DNA of 50,507 bases from Octopus bimaculoides. Lineage: Eukaryota. Below, piece by piece: positions 25,557-38,504 of the stretch. The notes below the pieces were generated by a model, which worked only from the letters and a program-made list of their open reading frames with translations, was not told the origin of the DNA and made no database searches. Position 1 is the stretch's first letter, and each line of letters opens with the position of its first letter. The stretch covers positions 48,995,634 through 49,046,140 of the forward strand of contig NC_068988.1 in assembly GCF_001194135.2 (NCBI RefSeq), written 5' to 3'. A program made the translations under genes and the position numbers.

Positions 25557-28084
25557 CATACATGTATATATATATGCATGATCATATTTTAAAAGCCCTC
25601 CAGTTTAAACGTCTATAGTACAGTCATTTAGATTAATATATATATATAGAATGTAGATAAGTGCCTATATGTATAAGTGTGTAGATACGCATGTGTAGAT
25701 ATACAGACAGACATACTATGTTTTTCCCCATCTTCTTTCATTTGTTTACTTCCTCTTCTAAAAAAAAAACAACTTTTTTTTTACTTTTTAAATCTGTTTA
25801 TTGACTGAATATTTTGTGAAGAGAATTCAGGAATATTTTGATTGTCTACTGTGTTTGGAACGTCTCCAAGCGTTTTTGTTTATTTTTCCCTTTTCTTTCA
25901 TGGTTTTTCTTTCTGCCGTTAGTTTTGAACAGTGATATATCTCTAGAGTTGAGATAGGGTAGCACCCCAAGAAGATTTGGCAGCGGAACAAAATATACGT
26001 ATGAACTAATTCATAAGGTTAAAATCATTTCGATTAATTCAAGATATTCATGGAGTTGTATTGTTTCTTTCTTTTTACTTTTGTTATTACAGTTTTTCTT
26101 TTGTTTTCGTTTTGTTTTGCCTTAATTATTTTTTATATACTTTTGTGTTTTATTGTCGGTGTTTGTGTTGGTGAGTTTATATGCTTATTTTCACTCTAGC
26201 AAGCGTATGCAATGGATCATTGGTTCCAAGCTTGCAGACTCCACCAATTCCCACCCACCACCATCGTGCAAATATACTAGAATTGCTTAAGAGATGAATT
26301 ATGAAAGAAGTTATTCCTAATACAAAAAAAATCGAAATTGCTGACTAAGATTTGGCGCCGTAGTCCAATGAGTTAAGATCAGTTTTAGTCATTTCATATT
26401 CGTAGGGTAATTAAGTGTATTTATATTTTTGTTGCATGTCAATGTGAGAAGAGAAAAGACAGCATTGTGGATCAAATAGGAGAAAGAGAACTATTATCGT
26501 CCCATCAAAAAGCTTATATACTTGAAGCAAAGGAAGACCACTACAGAAGGTCAGAAATGGGTATTCGATCCAAAGAGACATTTATCACTTATCTACTTCA
26601 TATCGTGAAACACGAAGTGAGATTTAAAAAGCCATATTTTATATTTTAAAATACGAATATTAACTCGTCAATGTTACTTTTATAACATATTACGCACCAG
26701 TATCTTTGACTCATTTGTAAAATGAAGGGAAGTACATTGACTGGCATAGAAACACATATATTCTTAGAGTAAACTATCAATACCTAGTGTCGCTTCCTGG
26801 TTCTCACATGCAGCATATACGGAAATCGATTAACTAGCACGCAGTGTAACACTCAGAGTCCATTGCATGCTTTTCATACAGGATTAGCAGTTAGAGGTAG
26901 AGGACATAAGCTATACGACTATCTATGCAGAGAACATTTCCGTTACGCCTGGTTGCTCTGGCAGAATATAATATTCTACAATATACTGTTTGCCTAACAG
27001 ACAGAAATAACTACCAGATCACCTAGGGATAATGATGTTACCCCAAATGGAATAGTTCCTTCATCTATGAGTATGTAAACACTTGCTTATGATATACCCT
27101 ACCACTCACACATCAGCAAATCCAACCATTGTATTACACAAAACTTTGGAAATATTTCTATCATGCCATATATATATGGAATGCAAAATAAATTGCTCAG
27201 GTGGGGATGAGGGAGAAGGAAGAAGGAGGAAATCGACACAAAAAATACCATGGGGCTTACATGTGTCCCGATCGGGAAGAATAATGTGTCAAACTCTATT
27301 TGCACATTCAAATTCTGAATTCTAGCGTCATGCACAGCGAGCCCCGGCAATACACCGGATATGAGTAAAAAAAGAAATACTTTAAAAGAAATCTAGAAAT
27401 ACATTCCGCAGGATATATCATAAACAATTCATAATTATTTATGAACATATCAATGGCCAAACATGTAATCATAAATTTCATAATAGAAATATGTATAATT
27501 ATGAATATATCACAATTACAACGAAGAGGGTTGGAAAAACCCCTTACATGTCTAGAAATAGCAGTCAAAACCACTATAAAGTCATTATAAATACTCATAT
27601 TCTATCTCTTCGCAATAAAGCTGTCAGCGGGCGACATGACATAAAATTCACAACTTAAAAATAAAATGTCAATTCTTTATTGCAATTACGAAGTTAGGAA
27701 CCTAACGGTTCCACTCTTCTCTTCAGGAGAATATTCCTGTAGATACAAATTATACACACTTCTTTCAGGAAATCTATGATTACATGCTTCGTCATTGATA
27801 TATTCAAGGGCTGTAACAAGGGCCTGGACACCTTCACTTTGGAAGACAAACATGGGACCCTTCACGAATTGAATCACTACAATAAGTGCACTGAAGTTGG
27901 AGTGCTAGAGTTTTAAACTCAATATCTCACCAGAAAACAAGACTCAAATACTTCCGTATTACACCACGTAGTTATATCGAACGATCGATTTATCGATCGA
28001 CCGATAACTAGACAGATAGATAGATAGATAGATACATACATACATACATACATACATACATACATACATACATACATGCATACA

Positions 28085-28983
28085 TGAACCTACAACCTGA
28101 TTACTTAGTCTCACTTTGAAGTGTATACGTTTGCAATCCAGGAATAGCAAATGGCAACCCAATATCTGATGCACAGAAGAGACAGAGACGCAGGAAAAAC
28201 ACCAAAATGTGAAACTGATGCTGACTTTGTGAAGTTAACACCGTGGATATCACCCACATCATCAGCAATTGTCTAAAAATGCCATCACGTTATTATCTGT
28301 CAATCAGACATGATGTTATAGTCAAGACACTGTATAATGCAATGCGCCGAAAAGATAATCCTGAGTGATAAGAACTCACAATATGGTAGAGGTTATAGAC
28401 ATTCATAATATGCAAAATTACTGGTGGAATGCTCCAGTGAAAACCACAATAATATACAAACATAATAGACCAGACATGGTGATTTGGAGAGAGAAAAGAA
28501 CCTATATATTGTAGTTGAAAAAGAATAAAAAACCTACTCTGAATTATTGAGAAATTTACAGTTACTTTAGTCGGATTATAATTCTGGTTTATAATTTCAA
28601 TTATTGGGGCACTGCAATATGTAACAGATTGCATAAGCACCTATCTTTAGAAATTTGGTTTCACAAAACGAGAAATGAGAAATCTATTTCGAAGATTATA
28701 GATGCAAGTCATCAATGAAAATGCAAATATTTGTAAACCTTTTCAGTCTATATGCGCATGTTTAGACATGCAAATATATGCATGAAAATGCATATATGAA
28801 ACAAAACATGCAAATTTGCACATGCACTGAGGCAAAATACTGCTTGCATTCTCACAAACATGCACAAATAACCATTTGATATTGTTCAAATTCCAGTGAA
28901 AGAACATTGGATCTCGGTTAGACACTGTCACTTTCGCTAGAGAACTTGAAATATAAGTGAATAAGAAAAATATATACAAACAT
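28085..28983 (+). pseudogene. R4/Dong-like RLE retrotransposon 3' end, copy A (5'-truncated)
   Basis: Frameshifted translation gives SHFEVYTFAIQE*QMATQYLMHRRDRDAG, C*LCEVNTVDITHIISNCLKMPSRYYLSIRHDVIVK (CCHC knuckle), NYWWNAPVKTTIIYKHNRPDMVIW (PD motif) and TYSELLRNLQLL. A 3' UTR follows, ending in degenerate CATA. The copy starts immediately after (GATA)n(CATA)n. Confidence 0.85.
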
Positions 28984-29580
28984 CGGAAAAGAACTGTCCT
29001 GGAATAAAAATATAAAATACCTCTGTTATTGAATACGTACATAAATATCAGCACAAAGAGTACTGGTGGAACATTCCCATCAATGTATCTGTCAAGTGTA
29101 AGCATAACAGGCCGGACATTGTTGTTTGGGATAAACAATAAAAATTATGTACCGTCATAGAGGTCAGCTGTTCTGCTGATGTGAATATCCCTTTGAGTAT
29201 CAAAGAGACAGAAGACAACTATGGACAACTGCTTCGAAATCTCTAGCTTCTATATCCAAGTTACAAATTTACATTTACTTTAATAATAACTGGAACACTT
29301 GGTTTTGTAAATAAATCCCTAACCGTCAGTCTGAATAAACTTGGAAGTATAGAAAAAGAAAACAACAAACGGCTGACTCGCACATTACAAATACAATCTG
29401 TAAGCGACACAGTATAACTATGCAAGACATCTCTCAGGTTTAAAACGTGACATTGTTTTCGGTAGGAGCTTTGTATCTTTGTTACATTACCAGCTTCAGA
29501 GCAAGAGTTTAAATGATTAAAACCAGGAGAAACATTCATGCATGCCTACGTACGTTCGTACGTACATACATACATGCATT
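28984..29580 (+). pseudogene. R4/Dong-like RLE retrotransposon 3' end, copy B (endonuclease domain)
   Basis: One frame from 29043 to 29450 reads KYQHKEYWWNIPINVSVKCKHNRPDIVVWDKQ*KLCTVIEVSCSADVNIPLSIKETEDNYGQLLRNL*LLYPSYKFTFTLIITGTLG...LCKTSLRFKT*. This is a PD-(D/E)xK-type RLE with 3 in-frame stops. A ~95-nt UTR follows, then degenerate (CATA)n. Confidence 0.9.
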
Positions 29581-30058
29581 GAAATAATGATAGATATAGA
29601 TAAACAAATAGACAGGGATGATAATCATGGTTAATCGAAACAGTAAACTAACTCGTATAAAGACAAAGACACTTCGTAACGAACAAATTCTTGAGTGATC
29701 TTTCAAGATGGCTTTATTGTACCTTTCGTTCTAGTGGGAAAAGCATGTGGATTTCACCTCCAGAAAATTATTTCCAATACACTTCAATTCATCTATTGTC
29801 GCTTTTCATTACAGCTCAACATTCTTTATCACTTAATTAGATTATTTCTGGAAAAGTTTGCACAGAGACCTGTTTCAAGGTACTCATAGTTATGCAGAGA
29901 GCTGTTCATTATACAATTATTCAATTTACCTACACATTTGTATCAAAACACATACATACAAGCATACATACATAAATAAATATATATACATAATATGTAT
30001 ATTTATACATGTATATCTATATTTGTATATCTATATACATGTATATACATATATAAGT

Positions 30059-30109
<51 letters not shown>

Positions 30110-32423
30110 TACATTTGCATGTCCACCACTGTAAGCGTTTGCCTGCGTGTGTTTGTACACGTAGGTATATTAGTGCGCAGCGCTGTATCATAAGAGTTCA
30201 TTCATGCATCGGTGTTCAGCATTAACATAATGCATATATACATATACATACATGCATATATATACATATATACCTTCGAGTGTGTCTGTATGCACTGATG
30301 AATATTAATATGAATATTAATATTTGTTTGCATGAATTAGGTTGTTATATATGCGAATGGTTCTAAAAGCAGGAATGCATTATAGATAACACTATTCGTT
30401 CAACTTGAATTTCAGTGATTAAGAAGGAAAGGAGGGACAAATTCTTCAAATAGATATTATTCATATTTAGAAATTACAAATGCTTTCTTTGTGTGTGTGT
30501 GCACGAGTAGGTGTATCTGTGTGTGGGTGTATGTGTGCGTGTGTGTGTGTATGTGTGTATACATATCTGTGTGTGTGTGTGCGTGCGTTTGTTCATGTGT
30601 GTGCGCATATATGTGCGCGTGTGTATGTGTAGAACCTTTAAGTATAACCATATATGCTTGCATATACATGTCTGTATATATATATGAGTATATACAAATA
30701 TACAAGTTTATACAAAACTATATGTATGAACGTATATATATATATATATATATATATNNNNNNNNNNNNNNNNNNNNNNNNNNNNNNNNNNNNNNNNNNN
30801 NNNNNNNNNNNNNNNNNNNNNNNNNNNNNNNNNNNNNNNNNNNNNNNNNNNNNNNNNNNNNNNNNNNNNNNNNNNNNNNNNNNNNNNNNNNNNNNNNNNN
30901 NNNNNNNNNNNNNNNNNNNNNNNNNNNNNNNNNNNNNNNNNNNNNNNNNNNNNNNNNNNNNNNNNNNNNNNNNNNNNNNNNNNNNNNNNNNNNNNNNNNN
31001 NNNNNNNNNNNNNNNNNNNNNNNNNNNNNNNNNNNNNNNNNNNNNNNNNNNNNNNNNNNNNNNNNNNNNNNNNNNNNNNNNNNNNNNNNNNNNNNNNNNN
31101 NNNNNNNNNNNNNNNNNNNNNNNNNNNNNNNNNNNNNNNNNNNNNNNNNNNNNNNNNNNNNNNNNNNNNNNNNNNNNNNNTATATATGCATAAATCTATA
31201 TACATACATATATATTTATAACTATATATGTATGCATGTGTGCGTGTGTTTGTATGTGCATACATACATATATAATTTGCCTGCATGCACAAACGTATAC
31301 GTATATTTGAGATTTTTCGTAATGTTGGATTATTTCGCCATATTAATTTAGGATTCTTCTTTCTTGCCATTTTAACTCAAACCTTTTGGGAACCGCTTTT
31401 AAATTGTTCGTTAATTCCCTCCGATTCCCCAAGGAGAACGTCCATTTGTATTGTTAGCTTACACACAATTTGAATCAATGCCATTTCGAGAGATGAAGGG
31501 AATCACGCAATTAGAAAACGAAATCTTAATATTCATTCTTACCTTTAATCTGCTTTCAAATTTCCTAATTTTAAATCGATGTCTCCGATTGTTAAGGTAA
31601 ATTATACAACCACACGAGTCCAAAATTTTAAATTTCAAAGCTAGACAGTTCTTCGATGCATTTTCTGATTTGTACATTGATTACATGTTACAATATTCCA
31701 CTTTGTTTGTTTGTGTGGTTGTTTGTTTTTGTTTTGTTTGTTTTCTCTCGAGGCTTTGTGTATGCAAGTTGCGTTTGTATGCGATGGAATTTATATACAT
31801 TAGACATACATATGCGAGTGTGTGTGTCTGTGTGTGTGTGTGCATGTATATGTGCGTGTTTGTGTGTCTATAACTATACACACAAACATATACATTTACG
31901 TATATATATAAATATATATACGCATATATAAACAGATAGGCTACATTCATATGCATTTGTATGCGTGTGTTTTATGCACGCACAAACACACGTGCACACG
32001 CATATTGAGACACAGATATTCAAACACACACATGCACAAAACAAACACACATACATACATACACACACATATATACAAGTGGCATGCTTTTCGTTTTCTA
32101 TAACTGCCTTTATCTGATTAAAATTCCCCTTGACGGTACATTTTAATACAAGGTGCTAAAACCTGTTTTTTTTCCACAGGCATGATTTCGTACAGATGTT
32201 GATGAAAATAAAGGACTGTATAGAGGAAGATTATATCTCTTTTGCATGACGGTCTGTGGTGTGACATAGAGTCTTACTGCAGATGTTCAAATTCCATGAC
32301 TCACTAAGATCGGCACTCTAGTAATTTATCCTTGTTCAAATCTTTGTTGCAAGTGTAGACCTGAAAACTTGTAAAGATTATGAACGGCATGTATACACAT
32401 GCACACACACACAAACACACATA

Positions 32424-33285
32424 TACGAGGTTGTGTCACAATGGCCCTGGACTAGTTCTGTAACGTACCAACAGATAACAGCTCACAGCTGCGTGCGTAG
32501 AGACTGATAGCGGTGACCTCCATGAGGTAGTGCGTCGTGTGGAATCGCTGCGTTTACTTCGCAAGTTAAGAAATTTGTGTTTTTGTGATCACATGTATGC
32601 TGTAGTCTGTGATTTTTGCACTGTACAGGAAGCTGGTACAAAGAACCAACGTGAAATTTTGCGTTAAACTTGGACAGTCTGCTAGAGACATTGAACATAC
32701 TTCGGCAAGCTTACAACGTGGAAGCAATGGGTCGTAGGCAATGTTTCGAATGGCACAGAGCTGCAACGCAATCAAGAGTATGCTCATTGTTCTTTCCGGC
32801 ATTTGCAGTATTGTGCATCACGAATTCGTCTCCCAAGGTCAGACTATGAATCTACTGCGACGTTTCGAAATATTTGAGGAAGGACATTCGGCGAAAGTGA
32901 CTAGATCAATGGAGCGCGAAGAATTGGATTCTGTGCTACGACAATGCATCCTGTCACCAAGCTCTCTTCACACATGAGTTTCCCGCCAAAAACAAATGGT
33001 GACACTTCCGCACCCACTCTATTCGCCAGATTTAGCACCGGTGGTCTTCCATCTCGTCTTCAGGATGAAAATGCAGCCCAAAGCTTACCGTGTTAACACC
33101 GTTGTCGAGATCCAGAGCAAGTTGCAGATGGTCCTCGACTTACTTACGGAAAACGACTTCCAGGTCAGATTCCAAAACAGGCAGGAACGTTGGGGCCTGT
33201 GAATTGCTGCGCAAGGTGACTATTAAATAAATGTTATTTTTTATTAAACATAACTAGTCCGGGAACATTTTCATACCACCTCATA
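32424..33285 (+). mobile_element. Internally deleted mariner DNA transposon with both TIRs
   Basis: 37-nt imperfect TIRs including TA (28/37 match by hand; 32424-32460 and 33249-33285). Transposase remnants: QRTNVKFCVKLG, LRQAY..AMGRRQCFEWH, IKSMLIVL..IVHHEFVSQGQT, WILCYDNASCH and LPHPLYSPDLAP (mariner YSPDLAP motif). The middle of the ORF is deleted. Confidence 0.92.
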
Positions 33286-33702
33286 AACTAAGAGAGGAGT
33301 TGAAGAACCACTAATATATATATACGATATAACATCTTCAGTGTATGGAAGTAAGATATAAATGTATGACGAGCCCTGTTTGCAAACATAATGTAAGTAA
33401 TTCATAAAAGGAGTCAAATGAAAACGTGAGAAAATTCGATGCGGTCAAATCTCACAGTGGTGGCATTCGTGGAAGAGAAGGCAAAAGACTGAGATGCTTA
33501 GCAATATTAAGAAAGGGAAAATTGTAATTTCATAAAAATTAAGAACATAGGTCTCACAGATGAAATGACACAACATTGATATGCGTGGGAAAGTGGTGTA
33601 TTGCAAACCGATATAATTAATAAAACTATCAAGGAAAAGTGTTTAAACGTTAGCCACGAAGACGATGCGCATGGTGATGCATATTGATATGTATATACAT
33701 AC

Positions 33703-33745
<43 letters not shown>

Positions 33746-33786
33746 NNNNNNNNNNTTACAGATAAAAACTATAAATAAATAAATAA

Positions 33787-33826
<40 letters not shown>

Positions 33827-34274
33827 GTGTGTGTGTTTGTGTATACACACACACACTCACACACACATTTATATATTTGTTGTTTTTATAGCATTTGGCA
33901 GCATATATATATAATTGGATACGATTGCCATTTCAGTTAACCTTTCAGCAATACAAATCAGTGACCTGTATAAGTGCACAATAATTGTAGTTTACAATGA
34001 AATGATAGTGGTTTGCACTGAATGTATCGCTATTTGTTTGAGAGAACTGACAACGTTATACAGCACTCATAACTTTTTTTGTCATATTTCAGCAGCTAAA
34101 GGTGAACAAAAAAAGTTTATAGATGACTTATTAATAATGACCACATTCCTTAATGTTACAAGTTCGAAATCTGCCGCGTTAGGCTTCGCTTCTTAGAAGT
34201 AATGAAGTTAAGTTTCAAGCCAGATTAGGATCGATTGAAGGGGAGTACACGTTCCTCCACAATCCTTAGCTATG

Positions 34275-34636
34275 CACACGGTATTCAGGCTAAATTCGAC
34301 AGTTTGCATAAATGAAAAAAATAAAACACATCGCATCCAAATATATAAATGTATTTTTAAAAAGATACTTTAAAAATATCAACTAGATTAAAAATATCAA
34401 CCAGCTTGTGGGAAATGACAGTTTAATCAAAGAAGTCGTTCTCAGCTTTCATCACGTCCTCAAGACGGCTCCGGAAATTGATGCATGCGTCCAGTCACAG
34501 TCTCCCGGAAAAGGTTATCAAACATCTGCTTGAGCGTGGCCAGCTTAGTACCGCACACAGAACGGTTGATTTCTTTCTCAACTAAGTCCAACATATAATA
34601 AACTATTGGATTACAATCGGGGGATCGGTTTTATAT
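34275..34636 (-). mobile_element. Tc1/mariner-superfamily (maT/DD37D-like) transposon 3' fragment
   Basis: The minus strand reads SPDCNPIVYYMLDLVEKEINRSVCGTK...(+1 frameshift)DACINFRSRLEDVMKAENDFFD* (stop 34423-34425). This fits the SPDxNP third-Asp motif and a typical C-terminus. A TIR-like end CACGGTATTCAGGCTAAATTCGACAGT lies at about 34277-34303. Confidence 0.75.
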
Positions 34637-34775
34637 GGGTTTCCTTTGTCTTTAATTTCACGCTTTTAATAAAAGAAATTTAGTTGCTGTTTGTTCAATC
34701 TAACATGTTTCAGAAAGCAAAAAATACGAACTTGCATAAATGCAAGAAACTGTTATTATTATAATTACTTAAACA

Positions 34776-34992
34776 AAAGCGGAGAGCTGGCAGAAACGTG
34801 AGCGCGCCGGGCGAAATAATGCTTAGCAGTAATTCGTCTTTCATTACGTTCTGAGATCACATTCCGCCGGGGTAGACTTTGCCTTTCATCCTTTTGGAGC
34901 CGATAAATTAAGTACCAGATGCGTAAAGGGGTTGATCTAATCGAGTGGCTGCCTTTCCAAAAATTTCGGGCCTTGTATCTAGAGTAGAAAAG
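34776..34992 (+). mobile_element. SINE family B, full length
   Basis: Head GGAGAGCTGGCAGAAACG, central TTGCCTTTCATCCTTTTGGAGCCGATAAATTAAGTACCAG, tail ...AGAAAAGATT. 18-bp TSD with one mismatch at 34758-34775 and 34993-35010. Confidence 0.85.
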
Positions 34993-35167
34993 ATTATAAT
35001 TACTTGAACAGATTTTATATAGTGATCTGCAGCATTTGCATTTTCTCATGTGTTGAATGTTAAATACAATAATCTCAGAGGTGAATTATCATTCAGTATA
35101 TATTATACATTACAATAACATTTTAAATGAAAAATACAATCTGGTCCGAGGTAAAAATGAATAAACA

Positions 35168-35558
35168 TTTTTTCTCGTTTCAGCTATTTTGCTAGTCATG
35201 TCGGGGCACTGCCATGAAGGGTTTTAGTCGAACAAATAGATCACAGTACTTTCTTAAAGTCTTGATACTGATTCGATCGTTTCTTTTTGAAAAGACCGCG
35301 AAGTTAAGAGAACGTAAACAAACGAACTGAGATTGTTAAGCTGAAGTTCGTTAAAAGCAACAACGCAAAGATACACACACACACACATTCTTACACATCT
35401 ACGCACACATATGCAGCAGGTTTCTTTTACTTTCCGCCAAGCTTATTCACTTACGAAGATTTAGGGGGCGCAGTAGACACTCGCCCTAGGCGCCATGCAA
35501 TAGGACTGAAACGAAAATATGTGGCTATGCAGCAAGCTTCTTTCCACACAGCGAAGCT
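35168..35558 (-). mobile_element. SINE family C, diverged full-length copy
   Basis: The reverse complement is colinear with 14714-15091: AAGCTTC.TTCCACACAGC head end at about 35534-35552 and internal (CA)n at about 35373-35388. Confidence 0.75.
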
Positions 35559-36401
35559 TTCAATAAACTATATTATTTTGAAAAACACACTGAGTTCTTA
35601 GATTTGGAAGCACTACTAAACCATCCAACATTTGTCTATAAGATCATAAAGATTCAGTTTGGGAAAATATGAGGAGTCTGAAGACATATAACAGGCAATG
35701 ATTTGACAAATTATTTCTACAGTTGCTTCTTGATTAAGTTATGGCGTTTAATAGTGTGTTATAATGAGATATCTAAACTTAGCATGACTAACGAACCGCT
35801 CATACGCATTTGAAATAAGAGATTACACACGGAATTAAAGATGACTTTTACAGTTTTAAAAAACAAATAACAATCGAAAAACGAAGATTTTTCGATAGTT
35901 TTTGTGTGATTTTGAAACTAACGATATAAAAAAAAACGATAAACTTTAAACACTTTTCAGAAAGTTATCTAAAGTGTTTCACATCAAGTTTAAATTACAT
36001 ATCTAAAAGATCATGTGTGTGTGTATGTGTGTGTGTTATATACGAGGATATAAGTACGTAAAGATACATTTATGGGTATATATATATATATATATATATA
36101 TATANNNNNNNNNNNNNNNNNNNNNNNNNNNNNNNNNNNNNNNNNNNNNNNNNNNNNNNNNNNNNNNNNNNNNNNNNNNNNNNNNNNNNNNNNNNNNNNN
36201 NNNNNNNNNNNNNNNNNNNNNNNNNNNNNNNNNNNNNNNNNNNNNNNNNNNNNNNNNNNNNNNNNNNNNNNNNNNNNNNNNNNNNNNNNNNNNNNNNNNN
36301 NNNNNNNNNNNNNNNNNNNNNNNNNNNNNNNNNNNNNNNNNNNNATATATATATATATATATATATATGTGCGCGCGTGTGTGTGTGTGTATGTATGTAT
36401 G

Positions 36402-36439
<38 letters not shown>

Positions 36440-38053
36440 CTAGCAAACGCACACGCCCTTTGGACGGTTTAAGTTGCTTTGGTGGGGGATTTTTTCAGCA
36501 AATAATTGAACTATCGAGAAGGTCTATGAGTAGCACGGCAATCTATGTCTCTAGTTAACCTAGGAACAGAAAACAAAATTGAAGGTTGGTTATTGTAGAG
36601 GTCGTTTCACTTTAAAGATAACAGAGCATAGAAGTGTGCAAGCGAGGCAAAGTAGAGCTACTGAAGTGTTCTGAGAGTAGATTATGGATAATTACTACCA
36701 AATATAGTTTGTTTTACATGAAAGCGCAATTTCTAGTTAGAATCAGCCACATAAATGTGGTAAGGAAATTGGAGGAAGACGTTGAAATTTCTCTGTGAGT
36801 TTATTTTTTTCAGCAGGAAAGGGAGCTATTTTTTTGTAGTGAAGTATGACGGGTACGTTCACAAATGGCAATATAATACCTACTTCAAAAAGTAGACTTA
36901 AAGGAATGTATTTGCTACGTGCTTACAGTGTACAACCAATCTAAAATTGGAGTAACGAAAAATGTAGATATGAAGTGTTTGACTTTAGTTCATGTATACT
37001 GTTTTGAATCTTTAGCAGTTCGCAGTGAAAAGAAATCTTTAGCAGTTCGCAGTTCGTGTTGAAAGGAAGACAGATAATTGTGAAGTTGTAATGACAGTAA
37101 AAGTGAACAGGGTACATGTATATACGTGCTCAAAATAACCGGCATTAGTCATATTGTGAGCAGAGAGTTTACTTAGGGTTGTCCCCGCTGCATATAACAA
37201 CAGTCATTAATGAGCTATTAATGAGCTATCGTGTCCTCCGGTAACGCACAATGAAAATTGGAGAATGATTGCATTGTACTCGAGACTTTAGTCATTCAGA
37301 CCAAAGTCAGGATGTTGCCCAGCCCACACCACAAGGATTTAAACTCTTGTGGACCCTCCCACGCCATCCTGCGCCGTCGCACATCGGTGTGTCGAAACAG
37401 CTCCTAAAGAGTTGACATGAAAACGCATCTTGATATATTGCTGAAAGAGGTAGCCAAGTAGTCGACAGTCCAAATAAATAGACAAAATTGTTTGACTTTT
37501 ATAATATTCTCTAACCAAAACTCAAACTGTACAATACACAATAAAAATAAATGTAGAAAGTAAGAATATAGAATTACAGCATATAAATAAATAATAAATC
37601 GGAAAATGTGATAGCCGCTAAAAAATGTTCTCTAATGCCAATATAAGACCATATAGATTAAAAAAGTATGGAAGACTCTACATACAAAAAACTATATACA
37701 TACAACGAATTTGGATAAATCTTTTAAATGAACAATAAACATTTATTTACATGAAAAGAAAGTGACAACTTCCAAATCCTGTTTCCTGACTGGGTCACTG
37801 CGCAGGTGGACAGTCGCAATAAATAGACAAAATCCTTTCACTTTTATAAAACGATTAAAAAAGTATGGAAGACCCTACATACTATAAACTATGTCTATTT
37901 TCGTCCATTTACGCGGGAGTTCTGGGCAAAATGTTATAGTGCATGGCCATCCTTGGAACATAAGTGATATATGCGTAAAGTTTGGGGAAAATCAGTTGGA
38001 AATGTATGCGTTAGTCATTATACACACACATAATGTGATTTATACATATTAGA
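36440..38053 (-). mobile_element. Non-autonomous Helitron (~1.6 kb)
   Basis: On the minus strand it starts A|TC (38054|38053-38052) and ends CTAG|T (36443-36440|36439), so it sits in an AT dinucleotide without a TSD. A GC hairpin CGTCC-AAA-GGGCG (36454-36466) lies 10 nt before the CTAG. The 5' region has the Lep1-like pattern of a short (TG)n and AAACTTT.CGC. No Rep/Hel ORF was seen. Confidence 0.7.
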
Positions 38054-38170
38054 TAAAGAGAGAGAGAGAGATACTTACTGGAAGAGAGACATGTTGAGAG
38101 CTGTGGAGAGTAACATATTATAAATGAGGTAGATGAGAGAAGATAAGAGAGGAAGAATTTTGTACCTATA

Positions 38171-38380
38171 TATCTTTTATCCTTTACTTGCTACATTCAT
38201 CAGATTATGGCTATGGTTTAGCACTACCATCAAAGATCTTAGTTGAACGAATCGGTCCCCATGATTTATTTCTTTAGCCTAGTTCTTACACAATTTTTTT
38301 TGCCGAACCACTAAGTTACGGGGACATAAAGACTGCAACACCGGTGTTCAAGCAGTGATGCGGAGACAAGCACATACACT
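38171..38380 (-). mobile_element. SINE family C, 3' half
   Basis: TATCTTTTATCCTTTACTTG...TTTGCCGAACCACTAAGTTACGGGACATAAA matches the reverse complement of 8040-8259 and 14930-15091, and runs into a (CATA)n/(TA)n array. Confidence 0.7.
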
Positions 38381-38395
38381 CATAGATGTATATAG

Positions 38396-38443
38396 ACACA
38401 TACATACATACATACATACATACATACATAATACATACATACA

Positions 38444-38504
<61 letters not shown>

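Noticed and set aside
27686-27900. Short open frames on both strands with protein-like composition
   Set aside because: No motif, no clear splice-site pair and no homology that I can recognise.
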